From NCBI GenBank assembly GCA_002422525.1, contig DIWA01000077.1, forward strand, positions 62,096-126,095: a stretch of DNA of 64,000 bases, written 5' to 3'. The notes under the pieces were generated by a model that did no database searches, was not told where the DNA came from, and worked only from the letters and a program-made list of their open reading frames with translations. A program made the position numbers and the translations under genes. Source of the DNA: Candidatus Hydrogenedentes bacterium UBA6118 (GTDB lineage Bacteria; Hydrogenedentota; Hydrogenedentia; Hydrogenedentales; SLHB01). Below, piece after piece: positions 29,360 through 39,744 of this stretch (position 1 is the first letter of the stretch; each line of letters starts with the position of its first letter).

Positions 29360-29375
29360 CTGAATATATATTCAG
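29360..29375. promoter_or_regulatory. AT-rich perfect palindrome CTGAATATATATTCAG
   Basis: 16-bp perfect inverted repeat, 32 nt upstream of the helicase-wHTH start on the minus strand. Confidence 0.5.
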
Positions 29376-29485
29376 AAGTCAAGCGGAAAACGGCGGGAGT
29401 GGAAGACGGGCGTCGCGGAGATGGGAAACGCGCCCTCCCCTCGACGGGAGGAGAGGGCGCGCGGGAAGACAGGCGGACGAGCCGC

Positions 29486-32400
29486 CTACGGCGTGGTCAC
29501 GGTGAGCCGGGCCTCGGCGGCGTGTTCGACGCCTTGGGCCAGATCGACGGCCTCGCCGTCCAGCAGGGCGAGGAAGACGCGGACGCGGCCGTCGCCGTTG
29601 TCGATGAGGAACGCGCTCTGGAACGCGTCGAGGTTGTCGAGGCGGAGCGTGGACCCGGCGAGGTCGACTTCGAGCCAGGGGGCATCGAGTCCGAGGCGTT
29701 CGCCGACGAGGTCGCCGGCGACGCCGGAGGCATCAGGGCCGCGCCAGCCTTCGAAGCCGTCGAGCAGAAAGGACATGGCGTAGAAGGCGCTGCGTTCGGG
29801 CATGTCGACGGTCGGGCGGATGCCGACGGTGAGGGCGAGGCCGTCGTCGGTCGCGGCGTAGCGCTGGATAGCGTGGACGACGGGGTTGCGGCGCGGGGGC
29901 GTCTGCACGCCGTTCCAGGGGGAGGCATGGAGGGCGGCCGAGAAGCCGATGCCGGGATGGTCTTCGGCGAGGTCGAGGCGCGGGGTGTTGGCCCATTGCG
30001 TGGACGACAGCGTCTTGTCGTCGTAGAGGCCCCAGTCGGAGTAGACGCGGCCGACCTCGGCGATGCGGTTGCGCGGGTCGCCGTCGATGTAGAGTCCGGC
30101 GAGTCCGCCGCCTTGGCGACGCGCGGCGGTCGCGGTGATGCGGGGCGCGCGGACGGTGACGAACAGCGGGGAGATCGCGAGGTCGTCGCGTTCGATGGGC
30201 CGCCATGCGGGCGTGTAGGGCTCGTCGGGACCGATCCTGCGCACGGTTGCGATGTCGGCGGGCTCGACGATCAGGCGCACGCCGTCGCCGTCGACGTCGG
30301 GATCGTCGATGCAGGCGGCCGTCGCGCGGCGCGGATCGAACTCGACGGCCACGACGCCGTCGGGGGTGGTGAGGCCGAAGCTGACCAGGGAGGCGCCGTC
30401 GAAGCGGGCGGATTCGAGCGGATTCCACGCGCGTTCCAGCACGGGTAGCGCGCTGAGGACGTCGCCGATGTCCGAGGCGACGGCGCCGAGGTTGTTGAAG
30501 TCGCCTTCGAGGAAGCCTTCGGCGGTCTGGACGAACCAGCCCGTCGCGCCGTCGACCTGGAGCCAGCCCTCCGGGGTGATGTCGACGGAGGTCTCCGCGC
30601 TCTCGGGTGCGGGAGGCGCGGGCGGTTCGAACGTGTCGGTCCAGTTTTCGGGCTTAAGGAGCAGCACGGCGGGACGCCACGGCGCGATGCGGATGCGGGC
30701 GGCGGCCGGTTCGCGGGTGAAGCCGTCGATGGCTTGGGGGAAGCGCTGGGACAGCGCGTCCGGCCAGGACAGGTCGACGGTCAGGGGTGCGCCGGTCAGG
30801 TTGACGGCGACGATGGCCGCGCCGTCGTCCGCCTCGCGCAGGAACGCGAAGACGTGGTCGTGCGAGGCGTTCACGGTGAGGAAGTCGGCCGCGCCGGTGC
30901 GGAAGCAGGCCTCGGCGTTGCGGACGGCCATCCACCGGGCGAGGTCTTGGGCGAATCCCGTCTCCTGTTCCTGGTAGAGCATGGGGATGCCGGGGATGAA
31001 GGTGTTGAGGGCTTGCAGGGCCTGCGACAGGCCGACGCCGAAGAAGTCGGAGGGCTCGACGACGTCGTGGTTCTGGAGGAAGCGTACGAGGCCGCGCAGG
31101 CCGTCGTTGGGATAGCCGATGCACTCGAGCTGGAGCCAGTCGCGGGTCTGTCGGATCCAGCGGGCGAGGTCCGGTTCGCCGGTGATGTCGCGCTGGGCGA
31201 GGTAGAGCGGGTAGTCGAACAGCATGTCGGCGTTGCGGAACACGAGGGGCTTGCCGCCTTCGGGCAGCGTGACGCCGTGGGGGTTGTCCTCGCGGAAGCC
31301 GTCGCGGATGACCTTGTTGAGTTGGAGGCCGCCGTAGGCGATCGGGTCGCTGGCGCGGTCCGGGTTGGCCCAGTTGAGGGTCTGTCCCCAGCCGATGCAA
31401 TCGAGGCGCGCGCCGTCGAAGCCGAAGGCGTCGCGCCAATGGGCGACGACCTGTGCGATCCGGTTCTGCCAGACCGGGTTGCTGCAGTCGGCGGCCTGCA
31501 CGGTGTCGCCCCACACGAGGACGGGCTCGCCCTGCTCGTTCCGGCACCAGACCTCCGGGGGCAGCTTCTCGATCTCGCTGCTCGAGGGGTTGATGCCGTA
31601 GACGACGAGGTCGATGAGGATGCGCATGTCGTGGGCGTGGGTCGCGTCGACAAGGGCCCTGAGTTGCTCCGGGTCGCCGTTCTCGGGCGCGATGCGGTCG
31701 AACTCGGGCAGCGTGTAGACCCAGGGCGGGGGCCAGCTCACGGGGAGGACCCAAAGGGTCTGCATGCCGAGGGCGCGGTAGTAGGGCATGCATGCGGCGA
31801 GCCGGGGGTAACGCATGCCGCGGTCGCCCTCGGACCAGATCTCGAGACGGCCCCATGGGTGGAACTCGTAGAGGCCGCCTTCCGTCATGCTGAGCGGCGA
31901 ATCGGGCGGCGGGCCCAGTTCGAGGCTCTCGACCAGGGCGTCGAGGCCGCGCAGGCCGTCGCGTTCGACGCCGTCCGTGACGCGGACGACCTGGTCGCCG
32001 ATCTCGATCGTGCGGCCGGGCTGCATGACGGTGACGGCGCTGAACCGATGGGCCGGCGTGACGCGGTCCGCGCTTTCGTAGACATGGACGGTCGCTTCGT
32101 CGTGCGTGAAGACGTAGCCGACGGACAGGGAGCGTCGGGCGGCGGGCGCGTGGAGGAAGGCGAGGGCGTAGTCGCCGCGGGTCCAGCCTTGCTCGCGCAC
32201 GTGGCGGCCGTCGCGGAGGGCGTCGAAGCGGCGGCGATCGGGCGGGTAGTTGCCGGGGATCAGGTAGAAGTCGTCGGGTTCGGCGGAGAGGCGCACGCCG
32301 GGGACGCGCAGGCCGACGTTCCAGAGCTTGACGGGTTCGTCGCCATGGTAGGCGATGCGCACGCGACGCCGTAGTTGCGGTCCGGCGACGGCGTAGGTCC

Positions 32401-32710
32401 AGTCGAGGGTCCAGACGCCGGCCTGTTGGGAGACGCGCCAGACGCCGGCGTCGGCGTCGTGTTCGAGGGCGCGGAGCTTGCGTTCGGCGGGGTCGGGGAG
32501 ACCGAAGCCCTCGACGTCCAGGTCGATGTCGGCGTCGCCGGCGGCGAGCAGCTCGACCCCGTTCCAGACGAGGCCGGTCCAGCAACCGGTGTCCGGGTCG
32601 AAGCGGGGTTCAAGCGAGGCCGGCGCGGCCAGGGCGTGGTCCATGGCGAATCCCAGTCCTATACAGGTTGCGGCGAGCAGCGGGACGAGTCCGTGCATCT
32701 GCGATCGCAT
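29486..32710 (-). CDS. large secreted multidomain glycoside hydrolase, alpha-amylase superfamily (GH13-like)
   Basis: signal peptide MRSQMHGLVPLLAATCIGLG; GFDGARLDCIGW resembles GH13 region II, FLQNHDV region IV; about 1075 aa. Confidence 0.5.
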   Translation of the reverse strand: MRSQMHGLVPLLAATCIGLGFAMDHALAAPASLEPRFDPDTGCWTGLVWNGVELLAAGDADIDLDVEGFGLPDPAERKLRALEHDADAGVWRVSQQAGVWTLDWTYAVAGPQLRRRVRIAYHGDEPVKLWNVGLRVPGVRLSAEPDDFYLIPGNYPPDRRRFDALRDGRHVREQGWTRGDYALAFLHAPAARRSLSVGYVFTHDEATVHVYESADRVTPAHRFSAVTVMQPGRTIEIGDQVVRVTDGVERDGLRGLDALVESLELGPPPDSPLSMTEGGLYEFHPWGRLEIWSEGDRGMRYPRLAACMPYYRALGMQTLWVLPVSWPPPWVYTLPEFDRIAPENGDPEQLRALVDATHAHDMRILIDLVVYGINPSSSEIEKLPPEVWCRNEQGEPVLVWGDTVQAADCSNPVWQNRIAQVVAHWRDAFGFDGARLDCIGWGQTLNWANPDRASDPIAYGGLQLNKVIRDGFREDNPHGVTLPEGGKPLVFRNADMLFDYPLYLAQRDITGEPDLARWIRQTRDWLQLECIGYPNDGLRGLVRFLQNHDVVEPSDFFGVGLSQALQALNTFIPGIPMLYQEQETGFAQDLARWMAVRNAEACFRTGAADFLTVNASHDHVFAFLREADDGAAIVAVNLTGAPLTVDLSWPDALSQRFPQAIDGFTREPAAARIRIAPWRPAVLLLKPENWTDTFEPPAPPAPESAETSVDITPEGWLQVDGATGWFVQTAEGFLEGDFNNLGAVASDIGDVLSALPVLERAWNPLESARFDGASLVSFGLTTPDGVVAVEFDPRRATAACIDDPDVDGDGVRLIVEPADIATVRRIGPDEPYTPAWRPIERDDLAISPLFVTVRAPRITATAARRQGGGLAGLYIDGDPRNRIAEVGRVYSDWGLYDDKTLSSTQWANTPRLDLAEDHPGIGFSAALHASPWNGVQTPPRRNPVVHAIQRYAATDDGLALTVGIRPTVDMPERSAFYAMSFLLDGFEGWRGPDASGVAGDLVGERLGLDAPWLEVDLAGSTLRLDNLDAFQSAFLIDNGDGRVRVFLALLDGEAVDLAQGVEHAAEARLTVTTP

Positions 32711-32989
32711 CGATCTTCCTCCGTCTTCCTCCGTGATTCCAGGCGGTTCGGCGCGTGCGTGTGGAATGCGCTGTGCCAAGGGGGGCATGATAGGAGGCGG
32801 CGGGGGACAAGGCAAGCGAAGGTGAACGCTTGCGGCGTGACGTTGACGCCGGGCCGTCGCTTACACTAGGGTAGGCGGTCGAGGGGATGGGCGTCGTTCC
32901 GCCGACGTCGGGCAGGGGGTGCGGTCGGCAAGCGAAGCGAGGGCGAGGCGCCGCGTCGGCGACGCAGCGCAACTGCGAAGGAGGGGCTT

Positions 32990-33412
32990 GTGCAGGCGGA
33001 TTCTGTTGCACCTGGCGGCTCGGAGCGGGTGTTGTTGGTGGACGACGAGGAGAGCATCGTTCGCGTGATGACGCGGATGCTCGAGCGTCTGGGGTTCCGT
33101 GCGACGGGGTGCGAATCGGCCGACGAGGCGCTCGACAAGCTGCGGGAGGATCCGGGAGGCGGCTTCGACGTGGTGGTGACCGATCTGACGATGCCGGACA
33201 TGACGGGGCTGGAGCTTGCGCTGCGGATCCAGGAGGCGTGGCCGCGTATGCCGGTGATCCTGTGCACGGGATACGGCGACGGCGAGCTGCCGGATCTGGA
33301 CACGACGCCGCCGGGGATCCACAAGATTCTGCATAAACCGGTGCGGGTGCAGCACCTTGTGGCGGCGATCCGCGAGGTTGTGCGCGACGTGCGTTCGGCT
33401 GAGACGGGGTAG
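32990..33412 (+). CDS. stand-alone response-regulator receiver domain (CheY-like)
   Basis: GGAGG then GTG start; VLLVDDEESI, VVTDLTMPDMTG, ILCTGYG receiver motifs. Confidence 0.75.
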   Translation: MQADSVAPGGSERVLLVDDEESIVRVMTRMLERLGFRATGCESADEALDKLREDPGGGFDVVVTDLTMPDMTGLELALRIQEAWPRMPVILCTGYGDGELPDLDTTPPGIHKILHKPVRVQHLVAAIREVVRDVRSAETG

Positions 33413-33482
33413 CCGAGCGGGTCAGCGGATCGGCGTCGGCAGTTGGCGGGTCGACGTGCGAATAGCGGCAGATGATGTCTGA

Positions 33483-33510
33483 CGGCGAACGGGGCGGTTC
33501 GCCGTTTTTC
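33483..33510 (+). terminator. intrinsic terminator after receiver gene
   Basis: stem CGGCGAAC / GTTCGCCG with 6-nt loop, followed by TTTTTC. Confidence 0.55.
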
Positions 33511-33671
33511 TGTGTCGGTCGGAGGCGGCGGGGCCGCTTCGGCGGCGGGTCCGTTGCGCGCGGGGCGGGGGACGCTGTATAAGGGCTCCCTAGCTGCATG
33601 CCTCAGGGGAAAAGGGGAGTGAACGCTCCGCCGAACCCGGCAGGGCGCGATCCGTGAGAGGGCCCGCGAGC

Positions 33672-36600
33672 ATGTTTTCGGTGGAGTTGGTGAACAACAT
33701 CGCGCTGTTGCTGGCGCTGGCGTTGTTCCATGTGCTGCTCACGCCGCTCCGTCCGAGCCGGCCGTGGCTCGTGCGGGCGGCAAGCGGTGTGGCGATCGGG
33801 GCCATCGGCGTCGCGGTGATGATGAACCCGTGGTGGATGAGCCCGGGCCTTTTCTTTGACACGCGGACCGTGCTGCTGTCCATCTCGGGCCTGTTCATGG
33901 GGCACGTGCCCACGATGATTGGGATCGCGATTACGGCGCTGTATCGCGCGATCGTCGGCGGCGAGGGCATCGTGCCCGGGCTGGGGACGATCGCGACGGC
34001 GGGGTTCGTGGGGATGCTATGGCGGCGGGTGCGCCGGGGCGACCTGGCCGACATCGGCGCGGGCGAGCTGGCGCTGATGGGCGTGATCGTGAACGTCGCC
34101 ATGGTTCTGTGGATGCTCACCCTGCCGTGGCCGCTGGCGCTGGACGTGGTGCAGCGGATCTCGGTTCCTGTACTGGTTCTCTATCCCGCGGCGACGGTGT
34201 TCATGGGGAAGCTGTTCGCGTTGCACTTGGCGAAGGCGCGGGGCGACGCGAAGGTGGCGCAGAGCGAGCAGCAGTACCGCGAGCTGGTCGAAGGGGTAAG
34301 CGCGGTTTTCCTGCGATTGCAGCCCGACGGCGCCGTCACGTTTCTCAACGAGTTTGGGCGCGCGTTTTTCGGGCGGGCGTCGGACGAGGCGCTGGAGGGG
34401 GTGACCATCGATGCGTTGACGCGGGCGGACGGTCTGAGCGCGGAGGAGATCGTGTCTTGCCTGCGAGCGGCGGGGATGGAGCGGCGTCCGCGTGAGCTCG
34501 AGGTGCGGAAGGCGGACGGCGAGGCGGCGTGGATCGCGTGGCGCGTGCGGGCGGCGGACGCGGAGGACGCGGCGCTTGCTGGGGAATTGGTGTGCGTCGG
34601 CACGGACATTACGATTGCGAAGCGCATCGAGCGGACGTTGCGGGAGTCCGAGCAACGGTACCGGGCGCTGTTCGAGGAGAACCCCCACCCGATGTGGGTG
34701 TGGGATCTGGAGACGCTGGCGTTCGTGGATGTGAACGAGGCGGCGGTCTCGAACTACGGCTACACGCGCGAGGAGTTCCTCGGGATGACGTTGCGGGACA
34801 TTAGTCCTGCCGAGGAGCTTGACCGATTCGACGCGTACGTGCGGGCCGTGCCGGAAGGGACGGACCATGCGGGGATATGGCGCCACCGGCGCAAGGACGG
34901 TTCGGAGCTGCTGGCCGAGGTCGTGTCGCATCCGCTCGTGATCGGCGGACGGCGTGTGCGGTTGGCGCTCTGCGAGGACGTGACGGAACGGGAGCGGACC
35001 GAGGCGGAACTGCGGCGGCGGCGGGAGATCATGTCGTCTCTGTTCGCGAACGCGCCGATCATGATCATGCAGCAGGCCCCGGACGGCCGGATCGAGTGGG
35101 TGAACCGGCATCTGGAGGAGACGCTGGGATGGACGCTCGAAGAGTTGCAGTCGCGCGATATGCTGGCGGACATCTACCCCGATCCGGCGTATCGGGCGAA
35201 GGTGGCGAGATTCATCGAGGACGCGGAAGGGCGGTGGGCGCATTTCCGGGCGCGCCGGCGGGACGGGGAGTTCCTGGACACGCTGTGGGCGGACTTGGCG
35301 TTGTCGGACGGTACGCGGGTGGGCGTGGGGCAGGACGTGACGGAGCTGAACCGGGCGAAGGCGGACCGGGATCTGTTCTTTAGCCATTCGGTGGACATGT
35401 TCGCGATCGCGTCGGTGGACGGGACGTACCGGCAGGTGAACCCAGCGTGGGAGCGGACGCTGGGGTGGACGCCGGAGGAGGTGCTGGGCAAGTCGTGGCT
35501 TCAGTTCGTGCATCCGGACGACCGGGAGGCGACCGCGGCGGCGGGCGAACGGTTGGCGCTGGGGATCCCCGTGACCTCGCTTGAGAACCGGTTGCGCTGC
35601 AGCGACGGGTCGTACCGGCTGCTGTCGTGGAACGTGTGGCCGCAGCCGGAGCAGGCGTTGGTATTCAGCATCGCGCGGGACGTGACGCGGCGCGCGGCGC
35701 TGGAGTCGCGGCTGCGGCAGGCCCAGAAGATGGAGGCGATCGGGCAGCTTGCGGGCGGAGTGGCGCACGACTTCAACAACATCCTGCAGGCGATACTGGG
35801 GTATGTGGATCTGGTGATCTCGGAGATGCCGGCGGATGCGCCGTACCGGGAGGATCTGGTCGAGGTGCGGCGTGCCGCGGAGCGGGCGGCGGATCTGACG
35901 CACCAGTTGCTGGCGTTCAGTCGGCGGCAGGTGTTGGATCCAAATGATATTGACTTGAACGACGTCGTCGCGGAGGCGTCGCGGATGATCCGCCGGGTTA
36001 TCGGGGAACACGTTGAGCTTGAGGTGATTCCCGGGCACAATCTGGGAACAGTGCACGCGGACCGCGGGCAGCTCTTGCAGGTGATCCTCAATCTATGCAT
36101 CAACGCGCGCGACGCGATGCCGGACGGCGGCAAGATCACGCTTGAGACCGAGAACGTGGTGTTCGACACGGCGTACTGCCGTTCGCACGACTGGGCGATC
36201 CCGGGGCGGTTTGTGCTGTTGAGCGTGACGGATACGGGGTGCGGGATCGCGCCGGAGGATCTGGAGCGGGTGTTCGATCCGTTCTACACGACGAAGGGTC
36301 CCGGGAAGGGGACGGGGCTGGGGCTCTCGACGGTGTACGGGATCGTGCGGCAGCACGGGGGGATGGTGCAGGTGTACAGCGAGGTGGGTTCGGGGACGCT
36401 GTTCAAGGTGTACCTGCCGATGACGGAGCGTCGGGCGAGCGGCGTGGGGCGGACGATAGAGGGTCGACCGCGGGGCGGATACGAGACGATTCTGGTGGCG
36501 GAGGATGACGAGATCGTGCGTCGGCTGGCGGTGCGCGTGCTGGAGGACGCGGGCTACACGGTGTTGGCCGCGGAGGACGGAAAGGGGGCGCTGGAGCTGT

Positions 36601-36869
36601 TCCGGGCCGGACCAGGGCGGGTGGACCTGGCGCTGGTGGATGTGGTGATGCCGCAGATGGGCGGGTATGAGCTCATGGCGGAGATGCGGCGGGTGCGGCC
36701 GGACGTGCGGGTGCTGTTCACGAGCGGGTATTCGGAGAACGCCGTGCACACGGACTTCGTGCTGAAGGAGGGCATCCGGTTGCTGCAAAAGCCGTATGAG
36801 CGGGATCAGTTGCTGCGGCGGGTGCGCGAGGCGCTGGATGGCGCGGCGTCGCCGTCCCGGGAGGCATGA
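33672..36869 (+). CDS. hybrid sensor histidine kinase: 5TM (LytS-type) receptor domain, multiple PAS domains, HisKA-HATPase, C-terminal receiver
   Basis: five N-terminal TM helices; H-box VAHDFNNILQAI; G-boxes DTGCGI and GTGLGLS; receiver ILVAEDDE...DVVMPQMGG. Confidence 0.85.
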   Translation: MFSVELVNNIALLLALALFHVLLTPLRPSRPWLVRAASGVAIGAIGVAVMMNPWWMSPGLFFDTRTVLLSISGLFMGHVPTMIGIAITALYRAIVGGEGIVPGLGTIATAGFVGMLWRRVRRGDLADIGAGELALMGVIVNVAMVLWMLTLPWPLALDVVQRISVPVLVLYPAATVFMGKLFALHLAKARGDAKVAQSEQQYRELVEGVSAVFLRLQPDGAVTFLNEFGRAFFGRASDEALEGVTIDALTRADGLSAEEIVSCLRAAGMERRPRELEVRKADGEAAWIAWRVRAADAEDAALAGELVCVGTDITIAKRIERTLRESEQRYRALFEENPHPMWVWDLETLAFVDVNEAAVSNYGYTREEFLGMTLRDISPAEELDRFDAYVRAVPEGTDHAGIWRHRRKDGSELLAEVVSHPLVIGGRRVRLALCEDVTERERTEAELRRRREIMSSLFANAPIMIMQQAPDGRIEWVNRHLEETLGWTLEELQSRDMLADIYPDPAYRAKVARFIEDAEGRWAHFRARRRDGEFLDTLWADLALSDGTRVGVGQDVTELNRAKADRDLFFSHSVDMFAIASVDGTYRQVNPAWERTLGWTPEEVLGKSWLQFVHPDDREATAAAGERLALGIPVTSLENRLRCSDGSYRLLSWNVWPQPEQALVFSIARDVTRRAALESRLRQAQKMEAIGQLAGGVAHDFNNILQAILGYVDLVISEMPADAPYREDLVEVRRAAERAADLTHQLLAFSRRQVLDPNDIDLNDVVAEASRMIRRVIGEHVELEVIPGHNLGTVHADRGQLLQVILNLCINARDAMPDGGKITLETENVVFDTAYCRSHDWAIPGRFVLLSVTDTGCGIAPEDLERVFDPFYTTKGPGKGTGLGLSTVYGIVRQHGGMVQVYSEVGSGTLFKVYLPMTERRASGVGRTIEGRPRGGYETILVAEDDEIVRRLAVRVLEDAGYTVLAAEDGKGALELFRAGPGRVDLALVDVVMPQMGGYELMAEMRRVRPDVRVLFTSGYSENAVHTDFVLKEGIRLLQKPYERDQLLRRVREALDGAASPSREA

Positions 36870-36920
36870 TCTATACTTGGGGCGTGTTCCATACGATAGC
36901 GAACAGGAGGCGCCGATACC

Positions 36921-37694
36921 TTGAAGAACGGGTTCCCAATCCGGCGGATGCTTATTGCGGTTGACGTGCTTCTCGCGGGTCTGATCATTGCGACCGCGTA
37001 TCTGGCCGTGGCGCGCGTCTTGCGGGATGAGTCGGCGGCGGCGTCGGCGGCGCTGGAGGCGGCCGATGCGGAGGGCGCGTTGTTGCGGGCGCCGGCGGCG
37101 GATCGCGCGACGTATGACCCGATCGTCGCGGCGAACCTGTACGGGACGGCGGGACGGCTGACGGGTCCGCCGATTGCGCGGACGGCGGGGGGAGAGCTGT
37201 TCAGCGGTTCGGAGCCGTTGTCGGAGGCGGAGTTGGCCGCGTTGCGTCGAGAGCTTGACGCACGGCGGCAGTCGCCGCGGGACAGGCTCGGGGGAATCTC
37301 CGCGCCGGTTCCTGGGGAGGTCGAGGCGGAGGAAGCGCCGCTGGCGGATGTGGATGCGGAACGCGCGCGGCGGCGGGTGGTTGATCGGCGCGAGGCGGAG
37401 CGTGAGCTGCGTTCGGTGAACACGGCGGAGGTGTTTGCGGAGGCGAGTCCGCAGTTGGTTCAGGATGAGGCGGGGAACGTGCGGGGGATCACGTCGTCGA
37501 ACATCGACAAGATCCCGATGGCGCGGCAGCTTGGGTTTCAGCAGGGGGATGTGCTGCGGATGATCAACGGGGTGCAGATCGACAGCGAGCAGGCGGCGAT
37601 CGACGCGATCAAGCGGTTCAGGGACTCGCCGACGCACTGGGTGACGATCGAGCGGCAGGGCAGGGTGCAGACGCTCGTGGTGCAGTTGGAGTGA
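36921..37694 (+). CDS. membrane-anchored PDZ-domain protein (GspC/PilP-like)
   Basis: TTG start (alternative ATG at 36948); single TM; C-terminal GITSSNIDKIPMARQLGFQQGDVLRMINGVQID PDZ-like fold. Confidence 0.45.
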   Translation: MKNGFPIRRMLIAVDVLLAGLIIATAYLAVARVLRDESAAASAALEAADAEGALLRAPAADRATYDPIVAANLYGTAGRLTGPPIARTAGGELFSGSEPLSEAELAALRRELDARRQSPRDRLGGISAPVPGEVEAEEAPLADVDAERARRRVVDRREAERELRSVNTAEVFAEASPQLVQDEAGNVRGITSSNIDKIPMARQLGFQQGDVLRMINGVQIDSEQAAIDAIKRFRDSPTHWVTIERQGRVQTLVVQLE

Positions 37695-37704
37695 CGCGCG
37701 GGGG

Positions 37705-39510
37705 TTAGAGTGCGAACGGCCAGACGCGGGGGATGAGCAGGGTGGCGACGGTGAGCAGGATGAGGTTGAGGGGGAGGCCGATGCGGACGAAGTCGCTGAA
37801 GCGGTAGCCGCCGGGGCCGAAGACCATGAGGTTGGTCTGGTAGCCGAGGGGGGTGACGAAGCTGGCGGAGGCGGCGAAGGCGACGGCCATGACGAGGGGG
37901 CGGGGGTTGACGCCGAGTTCGTTGGCCATGGCGACGGCGAAGGGGAAGATGAGGGCGGCCGCGGCGTTGTTGGTGACGACTTCGGTGAAGATGCTGGTGA
38001 CGATGTAGACGCCGGCGAGGAGGGCGTAGGGGCCGTAGGCGCCGGCGACGTCGACGACGGCGGAGGTGACGCCGCGGACGCAGCCGGAGGCTTCGAGGGC
38101 GGTGGCGAGGCCGAAGGCCGTGCCGATGGTGATGAGGGTCTGCATGTCGAGGCTGTTGCGGGCGTCGGCGACGGAGATGCAGCGGGTGAGGACCATCATG
38201 CCGGCGATGACGAAGGCCGCGGTGACGACCTCGATGACGCCGGACGCCATGAGGGCGATGAGGACGGCGAGGAGAACGAGGGACGTGACGGCCTTGTCGT
38301 GGCGAACGGGGCGGTAGTCCTGCAGGCCGCTGGCGAGGAGAAAGTCCGGGTTGTTGCGGTGGGCGCGGTCGAAGTGGGGGCCGGCCTGGACGAGCAGGGT
38401 GTCGCCGGGCTGAAGGACGATGTCGCCGACCTTGCCTGAGAGTCGTTCGCCGGCGCGATGGATGGCGACGACGGCTGCGTTGTAGGCGGCGCGGAACTCG
38501 GCGTCGCGGACGGTCTTGCCGACGCAGGCGGCGGTGGCGGAGATGACGACCTCGCAGAGCGTGCGTTCGCGCTGCTTGTCGGCGCGGGATTCGTAGCCGT
38601 CGTCGGCGACGGGGACGAGGCCGGGGATGCGCTTGAGGTCGACGATGGTGTCGACGACGCCGGTGAACGTGAGGGTGTCGCCGGCATGCAGGGTCTGGTC
38701 GGGCCGCACGGGGGAGATGACCTCGCCGTTGCGCTGTATCTCGAAAAGGAAGAGTCCGGGGAGCTTGCGGAGTGCGGCGGCGTCGACGGTCTGGCCGACG
38801 AGGGGGCAGTCGGGCTGGATTTCGAGATTGATCAGGAAGTCCCGATTCGAGTCCGAAAGGCGTTCGAGGAAGGTCCTGCGCGTGGGGAGCAGCCAGCGAC
38901 CCACGACGAAGAGGTAGATCACCCCGACGACAGCGTAGGGCAGCCCGACGTATCCGAGTTCGAAGAAGCCCATGGGGTGGAGGGTCGCTTCGAGATCCGG
39001 GTTGGCCTTCACGGCGTCGATCATCAGACCGTTCACGACAAGGTTGGTGCTGGTGCCGATGAGGGTGCAGGTGCCGCCGAGGATGCTCAGGTAGGACAGG
39101 GGCAGAAGCAGTCGCGACGGGGAGATGCTGTTCTTCTTGCACCAGTTCAAGATGATGGGGATGAACATCGCGACGATCGGGGTGTTGTTGAGGAAGGCGG
39201 AGATCGTCGTGACGGAGATGGAGAGCCGGGCCATTACGCCGGTCTCGGTGCGGGCGCCGCCGAGGACGATGCGTCCGAGGGAATCGAGGGCGCCGGTCTC
39301 GCGCAGGGCGGCGCCGACGACATAGAGCGCGGCGACGGTGAGCATGCCGGTGTTGGCGAAACCGGCGAAGGCCTGTCTGGGGGTGATGACGCCGGCGAGC
39401 ATGACGATGACGACGCCGCCGACGAGTACGGCGTCGGGCGGCCGGTTGCGGACGAGTCCGACGAAGACGAGGACGATAACGCTCAGAGTCAGGTAGGCTT
39501 CCCAGCCCAT
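37705..39510 (-). CDS. SLC13/DASS-family anion permease with two central TrkA-C domains
   Basis: start MGWEAYLTL at 39510; N- and C-terminal TM bundles flank two TrkA_C-like segments. Confidence 0.7.
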   Translation of the reverse strand: MGWEAYLTLSVIVLVFVGLVRNRPPDAVLVGGVVIVMLAGVITPRQAFAGFANTGMLTVAALYVVGAALRETGALDSLGRIVLGGARTETGVMARLSISVTTISAFLNNTPIVAMFIPIILNWCKKNSISPSRLLLPLSYLSILGGTCTLIGTSTNLVVNGLMIDAVKANPDLEATLHPMGFFELGYVGLPYAVVGVIYLFVVGRWLLPTRRTFLERLSDSNRDFLINLEIQPDCPLVGQTVDAAALRKLPGLFLFEIQRNGEVISPVRPDQTLHAGDTLTFTGVVDTIVDLKRIPGLVPVADDGYESRADKQRERTLCEVVISATAACVGKTVRDAEFRAAYNAAVVAIHRAGERLSGKVGDIVLQPGDTLLVQAGPHFDRAHRNNPDFLLASGLQDYRPVRHDKAVTSLVLLAVLIALMASGVIEVVTAAFVIAGMMVLTRCISVADARNSLDMQTLITIGTAFGLATALEASGCVRGVTSAVVDVAGAYGPYALLAGVYIVTSIFTEVVTNNAAAALIFPFAVAMANELGVNPRPLVMAVAFAASASFVTPLGYQTNLMVFGPGGYRFSDFVRIGLPLNLILLTVATLLIPRVWPFAL

Positions 39511-39744
39511 ATCGGCGCCTCGATGGTTGTGCGTATCGCGCGGCGGCCCTCGGCGACGGCAGGCGAAGGCCCGGACGCGCGTCGAACGGGGACCCCGGGT
39601 TATAATGGAGCGCATTCAGTGCAATCAAGCGCGCGGCGCCGCGCGGCGTTGAAGCGGCGGGGCCAAGCGCGTCTCCCGTCGACGCGTCGGGATGCCGACG
39701 CGTTCAGCTATGCCCGCTTCAGCCAACCAGGTGGAGAATGCCGC

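Noticed and set aside
23728-39628. Multiple 500-900-aa ORFs antisense to the GH38, helicase, GH13-like, histidine kinase and SLC13 genes (for example 23728-26172, 26678-28237, 30654-32585, 34017-36056, 36093-37637, 37538-39628)
   Set aside because: All are R/P/H/G-dominated low-complexity translations opposite genes with clear domain signatures. This is a standard high-GC artefact.
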